Below, in pieces: positions 37,572 to 48,840 of a stretch of 64,000 nt of DNA. Source of the stretch: Takakia lepidozioides. Its lineage: Eukaryota; Plantae; Bryophyta. Under the pieces are notes generated by a model, which had not been told where the DNA came from, searched no databases, and saw only the letters and a program-made list of their open reading frames with translations. Positions within the stretch are counted from its first letter, which is position 1. Every line of letters begins with the position of its first letter. The translations under genes and the position numbers were made by a program. The DNA lies in assembly GCA_030704615.1 (NCBI GenBank), contig CM060733.1:24242001-24306000 (forward strand), in the 5' to 3' direction.

Positions 37572-40108
37572 ATGTATGTCTTCCTGATTGTTTCTATTTC
37601 TACGACGAGATGACAATCTTGCCGGCCCCACCAGCGTGAAGTCCGAGTCCTCCTGCACTTCACCGCTAGCGCCATGGTCGGTGTTGTCATCGTCCTCAGT
37701 GGCCGTTGTGGTTGTATCAAGCATTCTTACGCGCATCCAACCCCGTTTGATCTTCATTTGCCGGATTGGCCTATTCCCATCGCAATCAGTAATTCCATCG
37801 ATAGTATCTGGCCCACGTGTGTTGCGATCACCAATGAAACTTTGTACAATTTTTTGTCTTTTCGCCGCTTGTGGGGGATTTTGTATTCTCGTACCAGAAT
37901 GGGGGCCATGGTGATGCGCTGCTGAGGGTCCGCCGACATGATATGAGAGTCGATTGACGTGGGTGGACTGTCGGTTCAGATGGATTTGCAATGGCAAATG
38001 ATCGTCATCCGATGGATCCACCGGAGACATTTTCATCTGCATTTGGGATGACCGAAGTGCCTGTCCTCGCGTCACAGGAGTGCTTGCCATGTTTTTTGTC
38101 ACATTCTCGTGTGACTCGGGCTCTTCAACTTCCTCTGTTGTTTGCGGTGTTGTGGTGGATGAAAGTTGCCGCCATGTGTACTTCCACATTTTCATTGGTC
38201 TCATTCCCATTCGGAATACTACCTGAGCCCCGTTCCTCATCCACGCTTGGGTGAAGGCCGAAGTTGACTGCACTGCTTGGCAATGTCGGAAGAGGATGCA
38301 CATGCAAGTGGTGGTCCGTATCATGCACTGTAGTGCGGGTGACTCCAATATGAGCCACATGATGCACCACATCATCCGCGAGTAAGTCATCAAACATCAA
38401 AGGCATTGTATCATCGTCCTCGTTGAAACCATGTGCATCATATTCATTGCCCTATGCATCATTGCCCTCTGCATCATCTCCCGCTTGGGAGCTATCCGAA
38501 CTAGTAGAATTACCGGCATCGTCACTTGTTGTATAGGCCTCAGAAGCTGAGTCTTCAGATTGCAAAATTCCTCTCGTACCATGCTGCAGTATCATCCCCC
38601 GCTTGAGCCTGTAATAGCCGTGAATTGGTATACACATATACCAATTTCTCGGCCCTATCCGGATGCAACCTGTTCCGAATCTTGCTATGCACGAATGAAT
38701 AACTACTCCAATTACGTTCACACGAAGACGCGGAGCCGTAACACAACAAGGGCTGGCTCCACCATGTACACAAAATTCTCGCACTTGGACCAGAAATCAT
38801 CTGATCGAATGGTCTTTCTGACCTTTCGACTTTTGCTTAGTGACATGTTCTTCCGAGAGTCCCGCAATGTTTGTACGTGGACTTCCCACTGTGGGTCAAT
38901 AACAGTGTGCTCGAGCGCGGACCTCACAGTCACCAACCTGTCCACCATCAGGAAGTTGGTGGCAAACCGAGTTTCTCCTGGATTCTTTAGGCTGTATTTT
39001 GGTTCGTACCTCTTGTATATTGCCAAAGGCATGTGGTGGTTTTGGATGAACTTCACAACAGACTTGGCCTGCTTCACAAGGTCTTTCACCCATTGCTCTT
39101 TTCCCCAATATTCTAACAGTAGGTCGAGGATATGAGCACAACATCCTTGATAATACATGTGAGGGTACTGAGCCAAAAGTAACTGGGCCATATTTCTCAT
39201 GTTCGAGGTATTGTCCGTACAAATTTGCACAATTTTCTCCGATCCAACAGAGTCAATGGCTTTCGATAGCACCAGAAACTGGTAACGTGCATCTTTCCGT
39301 TCCCCGGTTGTGTCAATAGCTCCTATAAATTGTTCCCCCGCTGGACATATGAGCATGATGTTGAATAATGGTCGGTTTGTGACAGAGCTCCAACCATCGG
39401 CACATAATGTACTTCCATATTTTTGCAATGAATCCTCGGTTCGATCTGTTACTCGTTTTGAAAGGTCGGTCATGGCCTCTTCCAACAATCCCGTACGTAG
39501 AGCATTGTAAGGAGGTGGTGTGTACATGCATTTTGACTCCAAAGTTGTTCTCACAGCTGAAACAAACGATGGGAGCCGTACCACGTTGAATGGTATGTTG
39601 GCCTCATAGAAAAACGTTGCCCACTTCTTATCTAACGCCATCTTCGCTGTCACGTTCAATCCCTCCAAAATGGATTGTTGTCGCAGAATTGTACTTATTT
39701 GAATCCTCTTGTATCTTGTGGTGTGATTGCATCTCGACCCCCCTGTCCCAATGTACCAAATACCTCGCAAGAGTCCCCTTGCGTACAACTGAATGGTGCT
39801 TCTGGACGCAAACGTGTTGCTTCTGCATGAGGGGGATTAATCTCCTGACCGCAATTCGGTGTGCTGCCTTCTACGAGGTTCCCTTCCTCGAATGGCTTTG
39901 GAACAACCCCTCCACATTGCGCGAAATGAGCTTTCACCCGCATGGATGTTTTTGAGCATAAACCCACCCCAGGGTTTCGACCATTGCAATCCCTGTACCC
40001 CAAATGAGCCAGCATCCGATCTTTGCGATAATGCAATTTATTCCAGCAAAGCTTGCACTCAACAAAGTCCTTTGTTTGCGGAACTCTTGTGGCCCATTCA
40101 TTTTTCAT
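37572..40108 (-). pseudogene. hAT (BED-like finger plus DUF659) transposase, copy B, internally deleted and frameshifted
   Basis: VECKLC...MLAHLG; FFYEANIPFN; CADGWS; QICTDN; GCCAHILDLLLE; TRF; SASSCERNWS. The segment between VEPAL and the dimerisation domain, present in copy A, is missing (junction ~38745). Confidence 0.92.
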
Positions 40109-40354
40109 TTTGTAGAGGGATCCTACAGTAATAATGAAGAAAAAGAATGGTGGATCCAAGAGTGGATCACACACTTCAAGTGATCATGAGCGGTGTATGC
40201 CAACAGAATGGCATGAACAGGAAATACCTCTCTTGTAGCCTCCTCTTGCACACCACTCTCATACAAAGAACGGTGTACGTCCCAACTCACAAAAGTGGAT
40301 GCCACAAGTGAAGTAAGAAGGTGTCTCCACGAAGAGCTTATATATTGTCCCAGC

Positions 40355-40875
40355 CTATAGGCGACCGTTGCCACACACTCGGGCGACTGCCAAGTACTCC
40401 CAACGGTGTCTGTCATGTCGGCGGTGACTGTCTTTCAGCAGTCGCCCGACCCCCACCCCCTCCCCGCAAGGCCACCGGCGGAAGGCAGAAGCCCTGCCCC
40501 CCCTGGTGACCGCCACTATGGGCGACCGTTTGTGGCGGTCGCCCAACCCGCCACAAACCCCTTGCGGGCGACCGAACCGGGCCTGGGCACCCAAGCCCTA
40601 GCCCCAACACACCCCCCTCCCCTCCCGCCCTGAGCGAAAGCATCGCCAGGCGACCGGTGGGGGCGGTCCCCCCACCCGCAAGCCAACCCGTCACAAATAC
40701 AGGCGGCGACCGCTATGGGCGGTTGCCCGGCCAGGCACCTCGCCTCACCCCCCTCCCGCTAGGTGACCACCAATACGGTCGCCCTGGGCAACAAAAAGAG
40801 AAAAAATTTCAGGACCGCCAGCATTGGCGGTCCCAAGAGCGGTCGATCACCCGCCACGCCTCCCCGGTCACCGAG
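40355..40875. repeat. GC-rich GGCGACCG/CGGTCGCC palindrome cluster upstream of transposase B
   Basis: For example ggcgaccgtttgtggcggtcgcc (~40520) and ggcgaccgctatgggcggttgcc (~40705). Confidence 0.8.
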
Positions 40876-40957
40876 AGAAACATTTTTATTTTTTATTTTT
40901 TATTTTTTAAACAGACTTGGTACCTGCGATCCGGATTTTCTATTAAGAAATTGGAAC

Positions 40958-41020
40958 GGGTTTAGGAAATAGGGTTTTTAGGGTTTAGAGTTTGGGGTTT
41001 AACCGTGTACCCTAAACCCT
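40958..41020. repeat. Degenerate telomere-like (TTTAGGG/CCCTAAA) patch
   Basis: gggtttagg...agggtttttagggtttagagtttggggttt then ccctaaaccct in the opposite orientation. Confidence 0.6.
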
Positions 41021-41023
41021 TCC

Positions 41024-41630
41024 AACCAATTTTCATAGACGTGATAATTGACAGGTACTCGTGAGAAGGTATGTCTATGTCCAACACACTCGCAAAAATT
41101 GAAAGCAATCCAAAATCATTTGAACATCGAACGATGGGTTCACCCTCTCCATCAATTTTGATTGACTTCATACTTGAGAGGAGCATGTGACAAGGTATGT
41201 CCAACACATTCGTAAAGATTAAAATAATCAAAAATTCATTTGAACATTGAACGATGGGTTCACCTTTTGAATCAATTTCGATTGACCTGATACTCGACAC
41301 GTACCTCTGACAAGGTATGTCCAACACACTCGCAAAGATTGGAAGCAATCAAAAATCATTTGAACAGCGAACGATGGGTTCACCCTTTGAATCAATTTTC
41401 GATTGACCTGATACTCGACATGTACCTCTGACAAGGTATGTCCAACACACTCGCAAAGATTGGAAGCAATAAAAAATCATTTGAATAGCGACCGATGGGT
41501 TCACCCTCTAAACCAATTTTGATTGACCTCATACTTGAGAGAAGCTTGTGAGAAGGCATGTCCAACACTCTCGCAAAGATTCGAAGCAATCAAAATTCAT
41601 TTGGACAGTTCACGATGGGTTCACCCTTTC
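41024..41630. repeat. Five-copy ~120-bp tandem repeat
   Basis: TGTCCAACACACTCGCAAAGATT...ATCATTTGAACA...CGATGGGTTCACC repeated at ~120-bp spacing. Confidence 0.92.
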
Positions 41631-42093
41631 ACCGCCAGACTAGCGGTCCCAATGTCGCTCCTGGCCGTGTGGGGGGGGGGGGGGGGGGGGTTTGCCAGAC
41701 GACCGCTATAGTGGCGGTCACCACCATCGCCACGTCACCCAGCACACAGGCGACTGCCGCTATGGCGGTCGCCGGAATCACCACGTCATGTGCCCCATAG
41801 GTGACCGCCTTTGTGGCGGTCGCCCATCTTGCCACCCTTTCCTGCCCTCTTAAAGTGTAGTGTATTAATTGGAAGAGGACAATGGCTGTGGGCTTGGGGC
41901 CTTTAAAGGAGGGTAGGCCCCTCTTCACTTTCACTCCAAGCTCAGCTTTGTTGCCCTCGGATGTGTGGCATTCGTGGAAGAGAGTTGGCTAGGAGGGGCC
42001 CATGGAAAGGGGTCATGAAGTTTTGTCTTTTCTTCCATGGAAACCGCTGGTAAACCTTTGAACCCTTTTCATTGGATTTAAACTATTTTTCAA

Positions 42094-45000
42094 ATGTTGT
42101 GTCGTGTAGTTGAAGAGATGCAAGTAGTGAAAAGGGGAGACAAATGGGTCGAGCCTCCTCAGTGTCGACATATGTACGACACATGTACGACATATTCAAA
42201 TATATTTTGTAAGTATGATCATGGTGGTGGTAGTCACAAATACAGAGTATTGTTTTGGTTCTCTGCAGGGCGATTTGCAGGCCAATATTGAAGGGTTGTG
42301 AATACAAGCACGTATGACATTCCCCGCAAAATGGCTGAAGGGAGCGAAGATGGGCGTCCCGTACCCCAACATATTGGACCTAAGCAGGCAAGCAACAAAT
42401 TTTATCGCAAAGGTGTAAGGCAAAATTGAACAGTGAAATTTCACAAAATTGGGATGTTCTGGCCGAAGAGGGTTGGGAGGACTTTCCTTTGAATTGCAAG
42501 TGGACATGGTTTCGATGCACAAAATACGTGAAAATGCATCATATAAACCGTTTGTGGCCTTTGGAAAGACATGCGGCGCAAACGATGCAAATGTTTTTGG
42601 AATTCGCTTCCTGCATGGACGAGCATTTTCGCATAGGGCACGTGAGGTGAGCCTTAAATTGTGGGACGAGGAGTTGTACAAAAACCAAATTAACTATACC
42701 TTAGTAGCTATGGTGTATGTGGAGCTTGTTTTGCACAGAGTTGTGGACTGGCAAACCGCCACAACGAGGAAGAAGCCGAAAGTATGGCCTGGTAGTGACA
42801 TTCCCGACACTTTTGTGCAACAGCTTCAACCCACGAAGCAAGTGCAAGGTAAGTCTGCATTGTTGGAGCATGAGGCTTCAACGCTCGAATCAATGCAACC
42901 AAGTCTCATGAAAGAAGTGGCCACACGAGACCGTTGAATCAAAGAATTGGAGGAGCTCGTTGAAAAGCAGAGGAAACAAATACTGGACTTGCAAATGAAA
43001 GTGGAATCAACTTGCCATTCGATGTTCATAATTATACCGCACCAGTCATCCATAGAACCGCCAACTATAAACAGATGCATACTGAAGGGAGCCAAGGGGT
43101 AGGAGAAATGGTCATGGCAGATTCCAAAGCCGGGCCGATACCCGGGTATATGGAATACATTGTGCCAAACGAACAACAAATTGTGAATGAAAGAAGTCGG
43201 AAAGGGAAAGAGGTCATGCTTGAATCTGGAGAATGCTCGAGGACAACCGTTCACATTGATTATTTTGATGAATTGTATGAGGTGGTTAGGGAGCAGGATA
43301 TTGCTAGGGCGGTTGCCTCCCGTTTGGCGCATGATATGGACATTCGGAGATATGTACCAAGGGTTGGGCATTGGGAAAATTGGGTGTGGTTTGGAAAAAA
43401 ATTAGCATCACGAGTAAGAGAAACAGAGTGGGCGTTGTCTCAACTACAAGAGATTGCAGGTATGCCAGGCGGCCTTTATCGGGACAACATCATCGCTAAC
43501 TTGGAGAGGTATAACAATTATATTCGCAATAAGGAGAACTTGCAGTTCACTGGGTTCACCCTTTGGGCTGATGTAGAAGAAATGTTCAACCGTTGTTCGC
43601 ACACAATTTCTAATACCAACATGAGCATTAACTGGGAACTGGAGATTGAGGAAGAGTGGGATACGAGGCCACAAAAATCAGCCCATGTGAAACTCAATGA
43701 TCGTACAGATATACCACAAAACCCTGTGCCTTCATTCATCACAGATGGATATGCACGATTTGTGAAAACCCCTTTGGACCAGAGGGAGCACACATGCTTG
43801 GGTCTTGTGGGCATTTCTTCCACAACACATGTCTTGTAACAGCTGCCCTTACTCGGAGTGCATGCCCACAGTGCCATACGCCAATCCATCGTCGATACTA
43901 TGAATTGTATGGCTTGGAGGAGATCATGCCAATAGGGTACAAATACAACAGACACAACTTGCCAATGGACCAAGAGCCTTTCTCGTTTCTCAATTTGCGG
44001 CATTGGGGTGAAGTCATGTTGTGGAATCCATATACAAGGATGCATGACCTACTTGCGGAGGATATAAGCAGAGAGTTCAACATGGATACATTCTGGGTCA
44101 CATCAAACTGGGAAATCACGAAACGTGCGCGATGCATACCCAATGCTGAAGAAAGAGAACTGTTTTGCCGGCATTTTGGAGGACATTGGAGTGAAAGAAA
44201 AGGTAGGTTCTTCCGAATGCCAGAGTCTCCTGTGACAGGGGTGAATATGGAGAAATATGACGAATAACCACTTGGGAGGACACCAAACAATCATCACTCT
44301 CCCCTGGTTCTGCACTGCCACCACCCTCATTAACGCCTCTAATTGAGCCGTGTTCCCACCTGATCTGCCCAGTAATCTGTCGCTAATCTTTACAGTCACT
44401 TTTGTGGTGAAGATGACGCAGTCCACCGTTCCAAAAGCAAACAAGACTCCTTTCTTCCTTTTTTGGAAAGGGCACATGCCCATTATAATGTCTGTATTAA
44501 AAAGATGTCGTTCCATTTATCTCATCACTCGCATAAGTTGATTTTCCCAAACTTTTCATAACAAGAGTCCACGAGAAATGAGAGACACTTCATGGCTACT
44601 CTCTTCTTCGCAAAAGAACTTTCGATCCATAGAAATTTAAGTGTGGACACATTTTTGCACAATCCAAAAACTACAGAAAACCACCGTCATTTCAACTCAC
44701 AATGGAAAGAGCATCCACAAAATATATACACCTCATCGACGCATACAATGTCGATAGTACAGATGAAGAGGAGGAGGATGAAAAAGCGAGAGAGATGATG
44801 GATGAATATAAATCAACAATCAATTCAATGTTGATGAACTGAAACATATTAGTGGATGCCCAGTTGCGTGGTCTTCCTTATTGGCATTTGGCGGATGGCC
44901 CAACAATAATTAATTGCAGAATTGAATGCTGCCTTTGGTTTCAACAACAATGTTGCTTGCAACTTACCTCACCAGCACGGCGCCAAAATCAACGTGCTGA

Positions 45001-45223
45001 AGAAATTATAGAAGCACATTCATCTGTGACACAACGATTGATGGGAAGGGTGGAATATGTTGAACATTTGCTAAGACTAGGAACCCCCCCCCCCCCCAAT
45101 ACTCGATCAATGGCAAGACTTACAGGCTGCACCATGAACCTCAGTATCAACATGCCATCTACACCAGTAATTGGTGTACACCCATCAAAAGATGGTTGGA
45201 GTGGAACCCGTATGCAGATATAG
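42094..45223 (+). pseudogene. TE-associated RING-H2 finger gene, copy B (longer; intron and frameshifts)
   Basis: CTIC-x14-CGH-x2-H-x2-C-x10-CPQC at 43752-43874; homologous to 5240-6716; extra N-terminal region (...VYVELVLHRVVDW) and coiled coil. Confidence 0.8.
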
Positions 45224-45699
45224 GATGAGTAGCTGCCAAGTTAAACTTCCATGAATTTCTTTGATCTTCATGAAGTGCAACCGCCACTTTTGAAACAATT
45301 GTGTATATGAAAATTTGGGAATTTTGTCACTTGTCAATTGTCAAATTTCAATGGAATCATGAATGCAATGAAAAAACATATGTTTCACATCATATATGAA
45401 TCATTTCATGGCCACAAGAAACTTGAAAATCATCTCTACGAATTGCGGGTGAATGTAATATTCAAATACTAGCATAAGATATTATCGTATTTTTAAATAA
45501 TATCTAATTTTTTTAGAATTGCATCAAACTCTTCAAAAATATGATTGACATTAATATATTTTAAAATAAAATATATCCATTATCATATTATTAATGTAAG
45601 ACATTTTAAAGAACTATTCTAATTTTAATGATTTTTTATTTTTGAAAATATTTTATTTCTATAACTTAAATCGCTTCTAAAAATACTTTGATAGTTTTT

Positions 45700-45947
45700 C
45701 TTTTCATTTTTTTCATTTTTTTAAGGGAAACACCTGGGAGCGACAGCTCACAAATCAGGCCCAAATAAACTCTTTCAGAGTAACCCGCCATGAGGCTTAG
45801 GAATGGGACACCGTCCAGGAACCATACCACACCCGTCAGTAGTAGATTTGACCCCAGAAACACTAAGTGCACTTAACCAACTGAGCTATTGACTGTCGGT
45901 TTTTTTTAAGGGAAACACCTGGGAGCGACAGCTCACAAATCAGGCCC
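45700..45947 (-). mobile_element. tRNA-derived SINE plus a tandem 5'-truncated second copy
   Basis: Minus strand GTCAATAGCTCAGTTGG (A box)...GGTCAAATCT (B-box-like)...CTACTGAC (acceptor-like pairing), body, then an A-rich tail. The 3' ~46 bp are repeated at 45901-45947. Confidence 0.7.
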
Positions 45948-46532
45948 CTTAATAGTGAGAGGAAAAATGATAGTTTTTTTTTATGTAATCTCACATTAAT
46001 GCAGTGGAAGTTGAAATTTATTTCATAACTACAAACTCCAAATTAATCCAAAAATTTCAATTCCCCTCCTCCATCGTGTGTTCATGATTTTGTTTGGATG
46101 TTTTGTCATCCACCACTATGATTGAGATATAGAGGAGAACTATTTTAGATCTCCCAAGCTTATTGCCTTTGGACTCCTTATGTTCACTATCTAATTCTTC
46201 AATTTCAAAAACTCTTCATACTTTCCTTTCATAGGAACACACCCATTCTTGTTAACACCCCTCAAAATCCCTATCATTTTACAATTGTTTCTTAATTATT
46301 TTATCCTTCACACATACAAGACTCTCAAAACTGGTGTTAATATTTTGGATTCGGTTCAATGTAATCATTATCCGTTTCTTGTAATGTTTGTTTGTTTTGT
46401 TGTTTGGTTTCAAGTACATTCAATTCGAGCATAACTTTATTAATGATCATTTTTAGTTTGAAACCATTACATAATATGTATTCCTTTTACACTCTTTTGG
46501 TATTTTCCTCTAAAAATTGGAGTTGATGCAAA

Positions 46533-47201
46533 ATGGATAATTCAGGTGGCCACCCACCAAAGGTTTTCATTGATCTCAAGGCATTGGAGAGAACAAAACA
46601 ACGTTGCATAAAATCTTCTGTTCTTGTTGCTTTTGGACGAAATGTGCCTCACGTATTCTTTTGCAAGTGGCTTAAGCAATGGCTTGAGAAACATGGGATC
46701 TCTGTCACCATGCACAAACGAGTGTGTGAGGGATTCTATGTGGTGGTGTGCGATAAGGAAGGAGCATGTGATGTTTTTGCTCCAGCACTTAAAGAATATC
46801 CACATATGCGCCCTGCTCTCTGTCCACTTTTCGTTGATTTATTTACTCGGTCAGATGACATGGTGGCAAAGCTTATATCTCTTCCTGATCTTCCTTTTCT
46901 CTTCCAATACTTTCTTCCCACCATTGCAAATAGATTAGGTGTTTTTGTTGGGCATACAGGACCTGAAAACAGTCCCACTTCTCCCCGGATTCCCGACAAT
47001 ACATATTTGGGACACATCCTATATAAGAAAACACCAAGGCCTATTCCAATTAAGATTTTGGTCCTTGTGCCTTGGGAAAAGCAAATTCCTTCCAATCTCT
47101 CACTGCAAATTAGTCACAATGAGTGGTATGAACAAACATTGGTTCAAGAGACAATCAGATTTTCTTACAGTCCAACATTTCCTCCCATCCATGATGAATG
47201 A
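46533..47201 (+). CDS. Stand-alone ORF resembling LINE ORF1 (DUF4283-like), 222 aa
   Basis: Pattern WL..W...GFYVV...LPDLPF...LPTIANRLG...ILV...IPSNLSL...Q resembles plant L1 ORF1. Intact, in AT-rich flanks, no ORF2. Confidence 0.5.
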   Translation: MDNSGGHPPKVFIDLKALERTKQRCIKSSVLVAFGRNVPHVFFCKWLKQWLEKHGISVTMHKRVCEGFYVVVCDKEGACDVFAPALKEYPHMRPALCPLFVDLFTRSDDMVAKLISLPDLPFLFQYFLPTIANRLGVFVGHTGPENSPTSPRIPDNTYLGHILYKKTPRPIPIKILVLVPWEKQIPSNLSLQISHNEWYEQTLVQETIRFSYSPTFPPIHDE

Positions 47202-48477
47202 TTTTATACAGTGCAGTAAAATAGAACCAAATCAAGAAGACGGAGTATTTTTGATTTGATCCATGAACACTTATTTTAACTATCAAAATATATATTATAT
47301 ATGTTAATATATTAAGCAACATTTTTAAGTCTTAGTCTTCTAGCAAAGTCTTTTTTCATCTTTTAAAGACCTAAATTAATAATTGTATAAGAATGTGTAA
47401 AAGGTTCATTTGGTGTGTAATCAATCGTTGTCTATTTCAAAAACCATTGATAATATTATTTAGATGATAGACAAGCTGAGCTACTATGAGAAGAGAGAAA
47501 AAAACTGTTTGACATATAATTCGTACGAAAGAAGAAAGAAAAAAACTAATTCATGATGTTTCTTTAGCTTCTTTGTACATTTTCATGACGTGCATTAGGT
47601 GAGTCTCATTTTTAGTTGATTTATAAAATATGCACAGCTAAAAAATATAATACATATACACCCTTATAAAATTTAACTGCAATATCTTTAAAAAGGAAAG
47701 GGCTCATTTAAAAAAAAAATGGTTGATATTTATGTATCTACTTGTTAAGATGCATTTACTTATTTATGTATTCCATTTCTAAATTTTTAAGTTTTTCAAA
47801 TGTAAAAACATCTATTGTCTCACGTGATCTCAATCTCCTAATTCATTTAAATCGAATAACTTGATATAGGAATGTAATTAATAAGATTATCATGGCCTAT
47901 GGGATCCCCTAAATATATTAATTAAATAGTATGTCATTTCAAATATTTCATGTTATATGAATGGGTAAGTGACAATTCTTTTGTCATTCATCAATTTGGT
48001 GTTTATAGTAGCTAAATGGGCTGGGTTCTGCTCAGAGTTATTAATACCAAGATGCAATAAGTTCCTACTTGCCCATGCTATAATTTGTCAGGGTCCTACC
48101 GGACTAATTAATATTTCTTGAAGAAGGGGTCCGGTAGGCATTTGTTTTGGAATTTCTGTAGTTCCGATAGTGATCGTTCATAAAAATTCAAAAGTACAAA
48201 TTCTCCTTGTGTAGTACATGGCTACCGCAACGGTAGCACGTGACCACTACAATACACCCATGTTCCTCCAACCGGGACGAGGTTTCACTAACTCTTTGAC
48301 TATTGTCACTTTGCACTAATATTAGCAATATGTAGTTGAAATTTGCTGACAAGATACTATAGACAATGCATGTTAGTCATAAGGTTTACTACTACATGGA
48401 AAAAAATGACACGGCCATAACCCGTTCAGTTGTATTGTCAAGACTCCCTCGCATCCTCGACTCCGCTCCATTTGGCG

Positions 48478-48840
48478 GACATGCCCACCATATATGTTAG
48501 TGTTCAGAAAGAGAGGTGGTACCTTCCTGCTTTCATGAAGTCACCATGAACCTCTTCGCCCTTCCAGGGTCCCCTCACAGGCTGGCACACCATCCCCAAA
48601 GCCCCCCACGTGCAACCATGCAACACATATGTAGCGATCATTTCCAGGACACCACAATTCGTCCAGGCGTCATGTTAAACATTCATTTCCATCCAGCTTG
48701 ATGCTATTGCATTTGCAGGCAGAAATGCCCACCAAGGGAGTGTTTAGAAAGACATGTGGTACCTCATGCTCTGATGAAGTCACCATGAACCTCTTTGCCC
48801 TTCTCTAGGGCCGGCAGGCTGGCAGCCCATCTCCAAATCC
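48478..48840. repeat. Imperfect direct duplication (~120 bp, ~245-bp spacing)
   Basis: ATGCCCACCA...GTGGTACC...ATGAAGTCACCATGAACCTCTT...CAGGCTGGCA occurs twice. Confidence 0.8.

Noticed and set aside
4499-40927. CAGGTA...TACCTG as canonical hAT TIRs
   Set aside because: The flanking 8-mers differ (CCCGGTTG vs CGATCCGG), so exact termini are not established.
40321-40972. Many overlapping short ORFs in GC-rich islands (also 4593-4933 and 41523-41934)
   Set aside because: By-products of high GC and palindromic repeats; no domain similarity.
41024-41630. Regularly spaced repeats that could suggest a CRISPR array
   Set aside because: Whole ~120-bp units are homologous with no unique spacers; eukaryotic context and no cas genes.
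45833-45893. Functional tRNA gene
   Set aside because: Too short, no proper anticodon arm, and followed by a body and A-tail; better explained as a SINE head.
48530-48560. Minus-strand EVHGDF as the next RPS3a exon
   Set aside because: Only 5-6 residues match and the downstream sequence does not.
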